NCBI RefSeq assembly: GCF_964194155.1
Contig: NC_135898.1
Span: 60,574,001-60,638,000 of the forward strand
Source: Cetorhinus maximus
Taxonomy: Eukaryota
Length of the DNA: 64,000 nucleotides
Direction: 5' to 3'
Shown here: positions 51,756-64,000 of the stretch, one piece after another
How the letters are laid out: every line of letters begins with the position of its first letter
Numbering within the stretch: the stretch's first letter is position 1
Position numbers and translations under genes: made by a program
Notes under the pieces: generated by a model
Database searches by the model: none
The model's input: the letters and a program-made list of their open reading frames with translations, nothing else
Told to the model about the DNA's origin: nothing

Positions 51756-54700
51756 CATTTTCTGCTCCACGTCTCTTTATAATTGTTTAACAATTAAATT
51801 GTATATTTATATAATATCCGTATCTGTTTAAAATATATCTTTCTTATATGCAGCCACTTGCATAATTATAAAGACAATGTGCTTCTCTATAAATTGTATT
51901 AAATATACAGTGTATATATGGATTATTTTGCAGTTTCTTATTTGATAATAAGGCTCATTTAATTCCTACAATCGAAGATGGGTGCATTATGCTAAAAATG
52001 TTCACATCAAAATAGATATTTCAGAATATGCAAAACACACATGAAGAAAATGAAGTACTGTACTGATTTTAAGAATATTTCTTAATGGCCGACAAGGAAC
52101 CACGAGGTATACATCTGATCTGCGGATGTTGCTCGACTTGTGATAGGAATTCATTGTTGACATAGAAGCAAAGTTTTGACAAGGGAAATGAATAGTCAAC
52201 AATGACTATTCATTGGAATAATACACAGGCTTACTATGCACACGGTTCTTTTTTTTTACATTGAGAGCTATTTCACTCGCCATCGAAAGCAACACTGACA
52301 TAATGGCATTTGTAGCAGGAAATGCAAACAGATGTGTATTATATGTCAAACATAATTTAAGGATACGTTGTTCATATGGTAAATTAATTAAATGAAAATC
52401 TGAAATTGGATAAAACAGTATAAGTAGAACGTTGTGAGTAATGTTGCCCGAAGGTTGTACGTCCAAAGCAATTTGAATGGGTTGCTATTAGCTAAACCTG
52501 AAATTTCCTTTGCAAAAGATTATAGTTCGCAATTCTGACAAGTAGTACTTCCGAGTCTTACAAGTTGTCACAAAGAATTGACACACAAACCTTAACAAAA
52601 AGTTAATAATGTAATTACAAGGTACAATAATGGATACTTCAAATATTTTGCTTATTCTTAAATTTAGTGCCTTTGATATGAGGAATAAATTTAGGTTGGC
52701 ATTTTCAGGGTAATGCATTGGGCAAAGGTAAGGTTAATTCAGAGTATTTAATTAAAATCTTGGGAGACAGTATTTTTAATTTAAATAATCTGTAAAGGCA
52801 CCCTTTCGAGCTATTCAACACAGTTGCAAAAATGTTAAAACGCATGTCATTATTCACTCCTACAGAATGACAATCTTAAATAATAGAAAAGGGCAAAGTC
52901 TGCATTTTTGAACTATGTAGACTGAAACCACTAGTCGAAACTTACATTTATCAGAGACAAAATAGCGTAGTATATCTCTTAAAATTTAACTTCAAGGGTA
53001 TACGTTATAACAAGTATAGGCGCATTAATAAATTTTTGATGTAAAGTAATAAAGAATAGGAAAAGTTGGAAGGGTAATGCACATGGTTTGCGTGTTTTTA
53101 TTTTTATTACGGTCATGCAGCACTTTACAAAGCGTACATTGCCATTTCTCCCGAGTTAACAGACATATTACTTTACCTAAACGTATATAAAATGAACGAC
53201 CAATACCATCAACTATTGTTGAAATTAACTGGCGATCAACATACACGATTGTTTAATCATGTGATGCTTAGCCCATATTTCCAGCTTGAAACTCCATATT
53301 TTCTGCACGCCCTTCAGTTGAACATAGAAATATGTGTCATCTGTCAGCATAAACCAAATTACGATAACAGCTATTGCCTAAAATAAATGTAACATAGTCT
53401 AATCAACAGTTCAGAAGAATGAACTGCAACGCAGGGGTTTGTTGTGATATGAATATTTGTATTTCTATAACCTTTTATCAAAACTTGCGGAGAGTAACAT
53501 ATTTCTTCTAAATTCTTACCTTTATTATGAAATACTGCATCTACGTTCTATTTCTACTCCATTGAACGTTAACTGATGTAACAACAGAAATAGGTCTTGT
53601 ATTTGAAAGGTGCATATGGATTTTTTAATGACACTGCTATAAATATGTACTGTGAACTTATATCCACATGTTGCATAACGACGCAGTTCAAAATAACAAG
53701 ACCTAACTTGATCTGATTTGAATTTAAACTTCTTGGTAGAATTTTAGAGCGTATTTGCGAACTTTACTCACGGTTTCTAAAAACATTGGGTAATAAGGCA
53801 TTCAATAGATCTGTCACAAAAAGGTTAAAAGCGGTAATACATGAAATCTATTATTTTTGTTAAATAAATTATGTTTAAAGATGGTAACATCTACGCAATA
53901 TGATGAATGAGAGAAGAAACGTTATGATATTTTCATTTTCCGTTATATACTGTTGGTCAAATATAACGTACTTTCTACCTGCATATATGCGAATTACTAA
54001 ACACCGAAAGTGGGCTCCGCACTAGAATCAAACTCCAATTGAATGCAATTTATTAAGATATCTTTATATAACATTTTATTGCATTTAAACAAGAATGTTC
54101 ATCAGAACTGATGCTATCCTGAAAAGTGGCTTACGCAAATAATGCTTTGAAATTATGGGACGGGTATTTTGGAACAAGCAAACCATTATTACGAACTGAG
54201 AACAATTCGAACATCTACATTAGCATTAATTCGTTGGAACATTTTGGAGGAATACGCATTTTTAAACAAAAATAACAGAAGGTCCTACGGGTACATTGGT
54301 TTCTTCAATATAAAATAAAAATCACAAATTGAATTACAGAAAAATTGATGTAGACTAAATGTAGATTAAATGTCAACAGCAGCAATGCAAACATATATGT
54401 CTATTTATGAATAGCGTCAATCGTATTAATAATAGTAACAGTTTGAATAACATGCATGGTTAGTAACTAACTCATGGTATTGAATGTCCGGAAAGCACTA
54501 GCTAACAACCCACCAAAGTAACATTCATCCATTATGTATACATGTTATATTTTAATTACTTTAACAGTACTGATACCCTCAATATATTCTCCACGCATAC
54601 ACGTTTCTGTATTGCATTGTCATTAAAACTGTAAGAGTTACTTCTTCCGTGGTCGAAAATCGAAACCATAGTGGTTCAGTTTAATGTAGCGGTTCACAAT

Positions 54701-54919
54701 ATTTTAACATTTACGTTAATATTATGTCTACAAAGTAGTTGAACTGTGTAGGTCTCCAAAGTTGCAAAACATTACGCAGTGGCATTCTCGCCCTACAGGC
54801 AAACCTCAAATATAAATTGTTAATTAATCTTCAATTTACAGGGCTTTCCTTTTGTTAAAAAAATAAACTTGGGTTTCATTGCAATCATTCTCCTGATTTG
54901 CAGTTTCCCGTTTAAAAGG

Positions 54920-55685
54920 GGCCCACGGTCGTTCAAGTTGAAGTTTTGCAGCTTTAAGGAATGAACCTGGGCAAAGCGGAGCATCACGTGACTTATTTCA
55001 GCCAGCCCCCCCTCCCCCCCCGGGCCGCAGTGATGTCACATCGTCAACCCAAACAGGCGCGAAAGCTGACCGGGTTCAAACTGACCAATCAGGAGAAAGG
55101 ATTGTGAACAGTGACGGCGGCAGCGCGAGTGAAGCAGCAGCGCCTTCTGGAATAATCGGAGCGGAATCAGTGTCGGTTTGAATTCGGTTATTGGTTCAAA
55201 GTAGAGAGAAAACAGCGGAAGAGGAGGTAGGCAATGGAGACGGCTGGTATCTCATTTAGTGCGGGTGTGGGAGTATAGGCCGCATGACCAACGGCTACCC
55301 TCTTGGTTAGCACTGGCATTGTCTCTCCCACCCAGCCCAGTGTGTTTGTGCTGGAGGCCGGGGCTATACCGCTATACAGTCCGGCTAGCGAATCGCACCA
55401 CCCCCTCCGCGCGCACCCCCCCCGCCCCCCGAACCTCCGGCTGCGGGCAGGCCATAGGCCTGAGCTGGCGCATGCGGCTCAGTTCCAGTGCGTGTCCGCT
55501 CGGACTCTTCGGCTTGACGGGGAGAGTATGCGGTGTTTTATCGCGATGCGATCCCCTTTTAACGCTTCCGTCAAATAAATGGCCGACGAAATGAGAGGAT
55601 GTGCTTCGGGTTTGGGGATTCAGTCCGGAATTCAGCGCCAACGTGCAAATCAATTTGGCACGGCGGCCATTTTATTTGTCAGGCG
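54920..55685 (+). promoter_or_regulatory. BUB3: BUB3 CpG-island promoter
   Basis: CpG-dense; E-box TCACGTGA (54984), E2F-like GGCGCGAAA (55056), CCAAT (55085), CHR-like TTCAAA/TTTGAA (55075, 55177, 55195), YY1-like motifs (55577, 55664). Confidence 0.8.
55110..55226 (+). other. BUB3: Probable non-coding first exon of BUB3 (5' end uncertain)
   Basis: Donor GAG|GTAGGC at 55227; the ATG at 58983 directly follows an acceptor AG, so an upstream exon is required. Confidence 0.55.
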
Positions 55686-56049
55686 CTGTTCAAATTCAAT
55701 TTCCAAATATTGATGCCTTTCTTCAAGCAGCAATCCCTTCAATAGTTTTATACTATAATATTTAAAGTTGCCATATCAATCAGCTTTTACTGGTGATCAT
55801 ATGGCTAATTCGGTCATTGATAACCTGGCAATCATTCCATAAATCTAATAAAAGGGAAGCGTACAACTTAGTGTATTAATATTTCTTTTCTTCCACTGAC
55901 ACCATTTTGTTTATGGGCAGACAGCATCCCTGCCTGTTTCCCAGGCAGAGTGGAACACTGGTACAATTTAGCCTGACTAATATCCCTGCCCTATTTGACC
56001 TGGAGTGAGGTGAGCCCAGATAACTAAGCAAATAGATTCGACAGCTCGC

Positions 56050-57960
56050 ATTAGTTTAACGTAGAAAATAATTCTCAGCTGCTTCAAAAGGATGCAAGGA
56101 CATCAAGTTAAAGGGGAGTGATATTTGAAGAGGCGACCAAAAATTAGCAAAAGAAGTGGGTTTTAAAGGTGGAGAAGGAGCTGAAGAGGTGCAAGAATGA
56201 TTTGAGCAACTGAAAAGGTGGCTGCCAACGGATGGAGTGTAAGATAAGGGGTCAAAGTCATAGGTGAATTTAAAGCAGTTTATTAAAAACAACAGTTTAG
56301 AGATAAGAGGCATAAGCTAGATGGGTAGAAACAGCATGTAACAGGTGAGAATTTTTGCTAGTCTCTGATCAGATGAGTCAAGGGGGTGGGGAAGCAGGGG
56401 AATAATGACCTCTGTGGTTGGTGGTGGCATCTTTTTGGCTTTGTCTTCTGAGTTATGCAGCTCTTCTCTGGGTTTCTTCCATCTGAAGAAGACTGTTGAC
56501 TTCCTTTCTGAGCACCTTTTCATATACCATATTTCTGGAGGCTGTTGGATATGCTATATCGATCATTTGTTCGATCCCGTTTATCCAATCACTGAGAGAT
56601 GGATACTCAGGGAAAACCCCACTCTGCCCGAAGCCATCTTGTGGCATGGTTTATCGCTTGCTAGGATACTGTTTAACCTTTACTCATTTGGTTTGGTCAT
56701 GAAATCCAACCTTATCAGGTTTAGGAATGCCTTGTTCTAGAATCATGTCCTTTCCAAATATAACAGGCCTACTCTGTCCTAGGTTTGTCATCCTGGCTGC
56801 CTGCTATAGGATATTTCTTAGTAAGTGGGAGAGCCATCTATAATGTTTTATAAAAATTTATAAGGTTATTGGAAAGCCATGAGGTGAAATGGAGGCTGGA
56901 GGGGGTATAGATCTGGAGAAAGTTAGAGATACGGAGGGATGAGGCCATGGAAGGATCTGAACGGAGGTATGAGGATTTTAAATTGGGCTTTGGGGAAGGG
57001 AGCGTTTGAAGATTAAGTAAGGATGGGGATGGTGAGCAAGTGGGTTGGATGTGGGATTTGATACAAGCACCAAAGTTTTGGATGAGCTGTGGCTTGTGGT
57101 TGGGGGGCAGGGAGAAGCGGATCGAGAGTGCATTGGTAAAAGTCATGAATGAGTGTTTCAACAGCAGATTGTCTGATGTAGGGATGGAGGTTGGTGATAT
57201 TACAGTGGGTGGTCCTTATGAAAGGTTATGGGGTTTAGATGCTTGGCTCAGTGTTGTATAGGATATTGTGGTTATTACACATCCCCGGTAGTGCTCCGGC
57301 TCGTACTTGAATAGTAGACTATGGGATATGACAAGCTCAATGATGTAACTGTGATTTATAGGTAGGGGGTCTCATATAGAGGGAGTGCTTTGCTGCCATT
57401 AACACCCCAAAAATGGATGTGATTGCTTTCCAGTGAACAGCTTTAAGCAAAATTTGTCTGAAACCGCTGGAAATTATATCCAGGGAAAGATCTGTGATAG
57501 GGTGAGGGGCAGGAGTAATTAAATGACAAAAGGGTCCCAGGCAAAGGGGGATAATAATGGGACAAATATAGAAACAAAAGATGAATCCAGAATAGGTATA
57601 AATTATAACAATAGAGGGGCAGAGAAACATGGGAAGTCTGTCAATGTGGAGAGAGGCTTGCTTGGCTGAGGAAAGGCAGGGTAGGCCTCAGAAGTGCACA
57701 CCACCGCACTGCTGTGTACCAATAGGAGGTCCCCACTCCACGCACTAACCCACTCTCAGACCTTTGGTGCAATCCTTTATTACCAACATCTGTGTGAGAG
57801 AAAATGGGAGCGGTGGTCAAAATCTAATAGTAAGGCATTGTAAAGTGCCTAGTAGAAAGATGAGGTGATGTTCCTTGTTTGTGTTGAACTTCATTGAAAT
57901 AGCTCAGGAAACCAAGCATGGAGAGCTGAGTGAGATGGAGACTTAAATGGCAAGCAAATG
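56050..57960 (-). mobile_element. Cluster of old L2 and Penelope remnants in BUB3 intron 1
   Basis: L2-like KPQLIQNFGA at ~57060; 57480-57600 resembles the reverse complement of the pLTR region at 28630-28700; boundaries unresolved. Confidence 0.5.
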
Positions 57961-58982
57961 GAAGCTCAGGGTCACGTTTGCTAATGTAACACAGCCTTTC
58001 GTTTTTTAAATAAGTATATAGTTCTTGAAAACAATTTGTGCATTTAGTCAGGAAAATGGTTTCATGTTTCTGGAGCTACATGTAGTTACTACTATTTGGC
58101 ACCTACATGCTTGGTTTATGACCTGTTGCTTTTATTATCAGTCATGTTACCAGGTTAAATGTTGTGGATGTGTGACAAAGCACAGGACACGAGCATTATT
58201 GTACCCATCTTTGATGAGAAAGCTTCCAGTCATTTTAGATGAGATTTTTTGAATTACGTAGTTTGTAGAACAAAATGAGTTGCATTTTATTCACTTCTAC
58301 ATGTTTAAGCAAATTGCCTTAATTTGCCTGAATAGCTTGTTACAGACAGGATTAATTATGAAGTATTTACAGTACAGAAGTAGTCCAACAGGTCCATACT
58401 GGTGTTGATGCTCCATACAAGCCAATTGATGTTACTGTACCTTGCACGACTCTGAGGTCTAAAGTTAAAGATATTAGATCGTAAGACTATGCTACTAACA
58501 ATGTAACTGCATTGACAGGTATGGGTGGTGTCCCTACGGTTGTGCATTTTCACAACATATTGGTAATTTCATCTTTCATTGGAATTGACATTTATTAAGT
58601 ATGATTCAGCTTTCATTTCACTTGTGCTCTGGCAGTTGGCTGGTTGTATGTGAGGGAGCCATTTTCAGTAGGTCATCACTGGATTTTATTATTTTTGGAA
58701 GAAAGAAGGCCAAAGACTCTTCATGTTTAAGGGAAACGTATAGTAGTCATTGTAGTTGATACTGCAATTGGAGAGAACACGAAGCTGGTGTGCTTGGTTG
58801 AACTTATTGCACACCTTGTCCTTGCTTCCCCCCCCGTACTGAGTCTATTTACATTAGACCAGTAGGAATTGTTATTGATGGTTATAACAAATCAATCCTG
58901 TCTCCTAGTTCTCTGATCAATGTTTTAAGTTTGTTAATGATTAGTACAGATTTTACTGAAATATTATATTGCTTATTTTCAG

Positions 58983-59177
58983 ATGACTGGCTCAAATGAA
59001 TTCAAACTAAACCAGTGCCCTGAAGATGGGATCTCTGCCATTAAGTTCAGTCCAAACACCTCTCAATTCCTGTTGGTGTCATCCTGGGACTGTACCGTCC
59101 GTTTATATGACATCACATCAAATAACATGCGCCTTAAGTACCAGCATTCAGCAGCTGTCCTGGACTGCGCTTTTCAT
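58983..59177 (+). CDS. BUB3: Mitotic checkpoint protein BUB3, first coding exon (195 nt)
   Basis: MTGSNEFKLNQCPEDGISAIKFSPNTSQFLLVSSWD...VLDCAFH; AG|ATG acceptor, donor GTAAGT. Confidence 0.97.
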
Positions 59178-59779
59178 GTAAGTAGGAATTTATTTTGTTG
59201 CTCAATTGTGATTTCCAGAGTCTGAAAACATTTTACCTAGTAGTGACATGAATATTTGTTTTAAGTAGCTGAATAACATTGCCATTTAGACTTCACTCCC
59301 AAACATCTCCGAAATCAGCCCTAGCCTAAGCCATATCTGTTTGTATACTGTACTCCATATAGGAATTTATGCCTATAGGTTTGCAATACTTTGTGCATGT
59401 ATATAAATTAAACTGATAGGAGCAAATTTTAGTTTGATGATCCTATTTTCATTCTGCTTTTTAATTTATTCTTATTTTCCTCATTCCTTCTGTTTTCCTT
59501 TCTACTTTGTGTGCTTTCCCTTCTCCTGCCACATTCATTCAGTTTCTCCCCAGAGCATTGGTTACGCTTCCAGTATGAGCAATCGGTCTCAGCTTTGTGT
59601 CACTCCAGTCTAGGCTGTCACAATGTCAATGTCCTAGGAACCTAAATCCTTTCTTTCTCCAATTTCTCTAGCCAAAAATGTAACTTTTTTTCTTATTTTT
59701 CCTATATAGATAATCATGTGCATCAGGAGTAATCGAGATTTATTCCCCTTGAGATCTTACTCTTTAATGTATCTCATCA

Positions 59780-60097
59780 AAGATTTGAGCACAAAAATCT
59801 GGCTGACACTTCAGTGAAGTACTGAGGGAATATGCTGTCTTTTTGGATGAAACTTTAATTCGAGGCTCTGTATGCTCTTTCAGGTGTTTTCACAAATATT
59901 TTGTGAAAATGTCCCATGACATGGTGTTCTTATCGATATTTATCCCTCAATCAGCACTAAAAGCATATCATTTGGTCATTATCACACTGCTGTTTTTGGG
60001 GGCAGCAGTGACTACACTTCTTTAAAAAAGTTACTTTATTGGCTGAAAAGTGCTTTGGGTTCTGAGGTTATGAAAAGCATTATATAAATGCAATTCT
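59780..60097 (+). mobile_element. Decayed Deu-type SINE in a BUB3 intron
   Basis: ggctgacacttcagtgaagtactgaggga and tail gaaaagcattatataaatgcaa match 20425-20857. Confidence 0.7.
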
Positions 60098-60781
60098 TCC
60101 TTTTGTAGTTACATAAGTTTCCTCTCCAGGGCCTCAGTTCTATTTGTTTTGTGTTATGGGTTCCAATATGAATCAAAACTTGCTCCATTACCTTCTCAAA
60201 TCTTTTGCACTCCATTCTATTTTTTAACCCTTGAACCCGAATGACAATGTACCATTCATGACTCTTGATTGCAGCTACAAAACATGTGTTTGCTCACCTA
60301 ACAGGAATCTGCACAATCTCCAATGCATATACGTGTTCATGAAGTTGCCAGGATAGCATACGATATATTTATGGGGTCTGACTAATGCACCGAAAAGTCT
60401 TAGTATAAATTGGGGATTTGTTTTGTACCGTTCTTGTGTCCTGCTAATATTAAAGTGCTTAGATGCATTGCCTGAACATTGTAAGTAGTCAGCTATTATC
60501 CTGTTTAACACACAGCCATCATGCTAATTCATTTTCATTCAGTACACATTTATGATGTGTAACTTAACTGCTGTGCAAAAGATTTACATTTATCAATATT
60601 GAATGTGATTTGCTGTTTATTTCCCAGTTGAAAAGCTACTGCAATTCTTTTACTGCATCGCCTGTCTCTCATGATCTCCCCATTTTCATTAGTAAATTGA
60701 CAAACGTATGTTGGTTTTGGTGGTCATATGGATTATGCATGTAGTTATTATAAGGTAGAATACAAACATGGCCAATTTAAG

Positions 60782-61050
60782 AGAACATAAGAAATAGGAG
60801 CCTGTTCTGCTCTTCAATAAGACCATGGCCAATCTTCTATCTCAACTCTACCTTCCTGCACTGTGCCCATATCCCTTGGTTTCCTTACCACCCAAAAATC
60901 TATCAACCTGTCTTGAATATACTTAACAGCTGAGCTTCCACCACTCTCTGGAGTAGAGAATTCCAAAGATTCACAGCTCTTTGAGTAAAAAAATTACTCC
61001 TCATTTCCTTATTCTGAGACTGTGACCTTGTATCCTAGATCTTAGCATCT
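60782..61050 (-). mobile_element. CR1 3' tail fragment
   Basis: agaacataagaaataggagc tail and gagaattccaaagattcaca (reverse of the LWNSL motif). Confidence 0.75.
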
Positions 61051-61729
61051 ATCTTAGGCATGGAATAAGTTAGTTAAACTCCTGTAGGCACAGGGATACC
61101 ATGGCTTCACTCCTAATTTTCTTTTTCCATCGCCCCATTGTGTATCAGGTCTCTTTCTGCTGTGCTGCAAAGTCTATTTTGGAACGTTTATTTTCATTAG
61201 GAATTAAATTAATCTCTGGGCTGCTCCAGTACACCTCCAGCTGACTGCATTGTGACCCTAAAATGGTCTTGTAACAAGTCATACAGCTTTTAGAAATATG
61301 TGAAGCAAACTGAAACACCACTGTACTTGACATCTGATTTCAAGAAGTTATAGAGTCCTTTGTATTTCTTGGTCAGTTATTTTTCAGCATTTGGAGCAGT
61401 AATTTAATATTGTTAATCATTTTTTTTGGATTCTTAAATTCATGAGTTAGGAATGAGCTACCCAAAGTTTTCATTTTGAAGGATAAAGTGCAGAGTTTAA
61501 ATGAATTCTTTACAGAATATGATAGTTTATAGTTATTCTGCAATATTGTACTTTTTTGGTAGAGTCAAGAAGGATTTTTTCTTTTGAAACATACTTTTAA
61601 AAGTCCAGGAGAACTACAAGGCCAGATGTTGCTACTTCACTGTAAATATTGGACCAATATTTGTTTTTATCAAAGTACCAAAGTAAGCTATATAGTAACC
61701 GTGTTTACTCCACCTGACCCCCAAAATAG

Positions 61730-61799
61730 GATCCAACACATTCATGGAGTGGCGGATTGGACCTTTCTCTGAAAATGCGTGATTTAAACACAGACCAGG
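61730..61799 (+). CDS. BUB3: BUB3 second coding exon (70 nt)
   Basis: DPTHSWSGGLDLSLKMRDLNTDQ; TAG acceptor and G|GTGAGA donor; phases 0 to 1 fit the neighbouring exons. Confidence 0.93.
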
Positions 61800-63469
61800 G
61801 TGAGAAATGCTTGTATTAAACATGCTGTGTAAGGAGTTGCATGATGTTCTTGAAAATATTTTTATATAAATTATGCTCCCAAGCTTGTGAAGGTGTCTTT
61901 AGCTCAAAGAAAGTATTTCATCTGTTGTTTGAACTCTGTTTTAGTGATCTACCAAGCCTGACAGCAGAGTATATTAAACTTAGCATAAATAAAGCCTATA
62001 GCCTGTTGTTTCTTTTTAATATATCTTAATATTGTGCTCTATTTTCTATTTGTCTCAAACTGCCTGTGCTGATGTTTATCCTGTGTGTGAATCCTAATCT
62101 CATGCCCATTCAGTTCTAGTATCCCTTTATTTCTCTTTCCTTCAATCAGTGTTGACATTGTCTCTGCTTTAATAACTAACTTTGATTGCGCTGCATAGCC
62201 TCACAACTCTCTATGTAAAAGTTTTATGTTTTCTTTCTCTTCAATAACTTGCATTTACTCATCCATGTCCCATTGTTGTAGACTTCTTAAACATCGTGAA
62301 CAGTCTGTTTCTATCTACTCGTTGCAATGCCTTCATAATTTTAAACACCTTTGACGTTTCCTCTTGTCTTTTGATTTATAATTTGATTGGTAGCCCCTGC
62401 TTCCAGTTGCAGTTTAGAAGTGCACCTCATTTGTCTAGGAATCTTTGGTGAGCTTGTAATGGGAAGATTTTTGTATTGAAAGATCAAGGGGTAATGATGG
62501 TACCTAATTTCACTCATTAAAAATTATCTTGTGTATTCTTTAAAGTTAGGATTAAAGGCCCTAGGTTTTCTTAATCTAATGGGAAAATTTCCTGATTGAA
62601 GAACTGCTGAGGATTGATTAAGTGGGGTCATATTCAGATTATGCTGGAGGAGAAGTAAGTTGAAGGGTGAACCAATCAAGCCTAAATCACTTTAAGAAGA
62701 AAACCCTGGTATGTTGAAGATAGGTTGCATTGCAAATACTTGGGGGTGAGGGGGTGGTGGGGTGACATGTCATGACTTAATTCTGGTCTGAGGGTTGTGC
62801 TTTGGAGGGGGGTAATCCTAGAGTTTGAACCTCATTCCAACTCCTGTCCCTGGTTTACATTTGACGCTTCCTATTATTGATGCTACTGAAATGGCCTAGG
62901 GCAACAAAGTTCATTGTTTTTAAATAAGTTCAGTAATTAAAAATCACATCACATTATTCTCTAATTTAAATAAAAAGGGAGGAGTTTTTAAGCAAGAAGC
63001 ATTTAAACCAGAGGGGTTTTTATTTACAACTCATGGGACACTTGGTAACGTCGAAGCCTAAGTGATTTCATTCTATTTACCATGGTAATTCTTACCTGCT
63101 GCTTTGTTCTATTTGATAATGTGAGCTTTGAGCCTTGGGAACGGTTTTTGTTAGCTCAGTTAAGTTGCTGCATAAATTATGAATGAGCATTTGAACATTT
63201 TGATATCCAGCAAGACAGATGAAAATATATAACAATTTAGATCTTTTCTGGCATTTGAGACTCCATGGTATGCATCTGTGTGGCCTAAGGGTTGGAAAAC
63301 ATGGGCACCCCACATTAGACTCACCCATACTTTGAAGAATGTATCCCAAGAATCTTCCCACTGATAGTTATACTACAATAAAGGAGCTGCACTTTATTCC
63401 TATAAGGAGCAAACAGTCAGCTTTTTCTAGATGTAAGGCACAATTCAGTTAATTTTATCTTTTTTATAG

Positions 63470-63621
63470 AATCTATTGTGGGTTCGCACGATGCTTCAAT
63501 TCGTTGTGTTGAATACTGTCCGGAAGTGAATGTTATGGTCACAGGAAGTTGGGATCAAACAGTCAAGCTATGGGACCCTAGAACACCTTGCAATGCTGGA
63601 ACATTCGCACAGCCAGAAAGG
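63470..63621 (+). CDS. BUB3: BUB3 third coding exon (152 nt); the gene continues beyond the window
   Basis: ESIVGSHDASIRCVEYCPEVNVMVTGSWDQTVKLWDPRTPCNAGTFAQPER (WD40 repeat); donor GTATGC. Confidence 0.97.
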
Positions 63622-63769
63622 GTATGCATTACCACTGTTTATAAACCAATGCTCAAATTGACTAAATAAATTTACAGAAATATATTGTAATTGTACAAGC
63701 TACTGGCATTGTTCACAATGTTAGCTGTTATCTCACAAGGCCTACCTTTCAAAGTGTAAGGTAGGATTG

Positions 63770-64000
63770 GATAATTATTAACTATTTTATATGAACTATG
63801 TTGTGATCGCTAGTAATTGAAGATGAAGGGGTGATCTAATTGAGATGTTTAAGTTGATTAAATGATGCCAGGAAGCACTTCTTCACACAAAGGATGGTAG
63901 AAATCCTGGAACTCATTTTCCCCCAGAAATTTGTTGAGGCTGGGTCAATGGAAAATTTTAAAACCAAGATTAATACATAAGGCAAGGGTATGAGGGTTAT
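63770..64000 (+). mobile_element. Decayed CR1 3' fragment
   Basis: RLKMKG*SN / gatctaattgagatgtttaag (DLIEMFK) and ttcttcacacaaaggatggtagaa (FFTQRMVE) motifs. Confidence 0.7.

Noticed and set aside
55259-55653. Overlapping ORFs in the BUB3 CpG island
   Set aside because: High GC content suppresses stop codons; they lie in intron 1 and show no protein motifs
56400-56810. Possible L1-like ORF2 C-terminal remnant (PSLSDWING)
   Set aside because: A single weak motif, too degraded to assign without a search

Overview
Vertebrate genomic DNA, most likely a cartilaginous fish (inferred from the CR1/L2/Penelope/Harbinger/Deu-SINE repeat spectrum). The window holds the conserved HMX3-HMX2-BUB3 block, all on the + strand: HMX3 (2 coding exons, 299 aa), HMX2 (2 coding exons, 268 aa) and the promoter plus first three coding exons of BUB3. 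Bases 1 to ~29 kb are a stack of decayed and nested transposons: two CR1-clade LINE families, L2, Penelope, two Harbinger elements, a MITE, two solo-LTR-like elements and SINEs. Bases ~29-55.7 kb are transposon-poor and CpG-retaining, with enhancer-like blocks. The best leads are five Penelope-type minimal hammerhead ribozyme motifs (one in a 5'-inverted insertion with a 13-bp target-site duplication), an overlapping splice donor that could make a homeodomain-less HMX2 isoform, a uORF overlapping the HMX2 start codon, and short phase-1 candidate exons of an unidentified gene at 0.5-12 kb. I found no clearly new biological system. Repeat boundaries are approximate and family calls come from motif recognition, not database searches.
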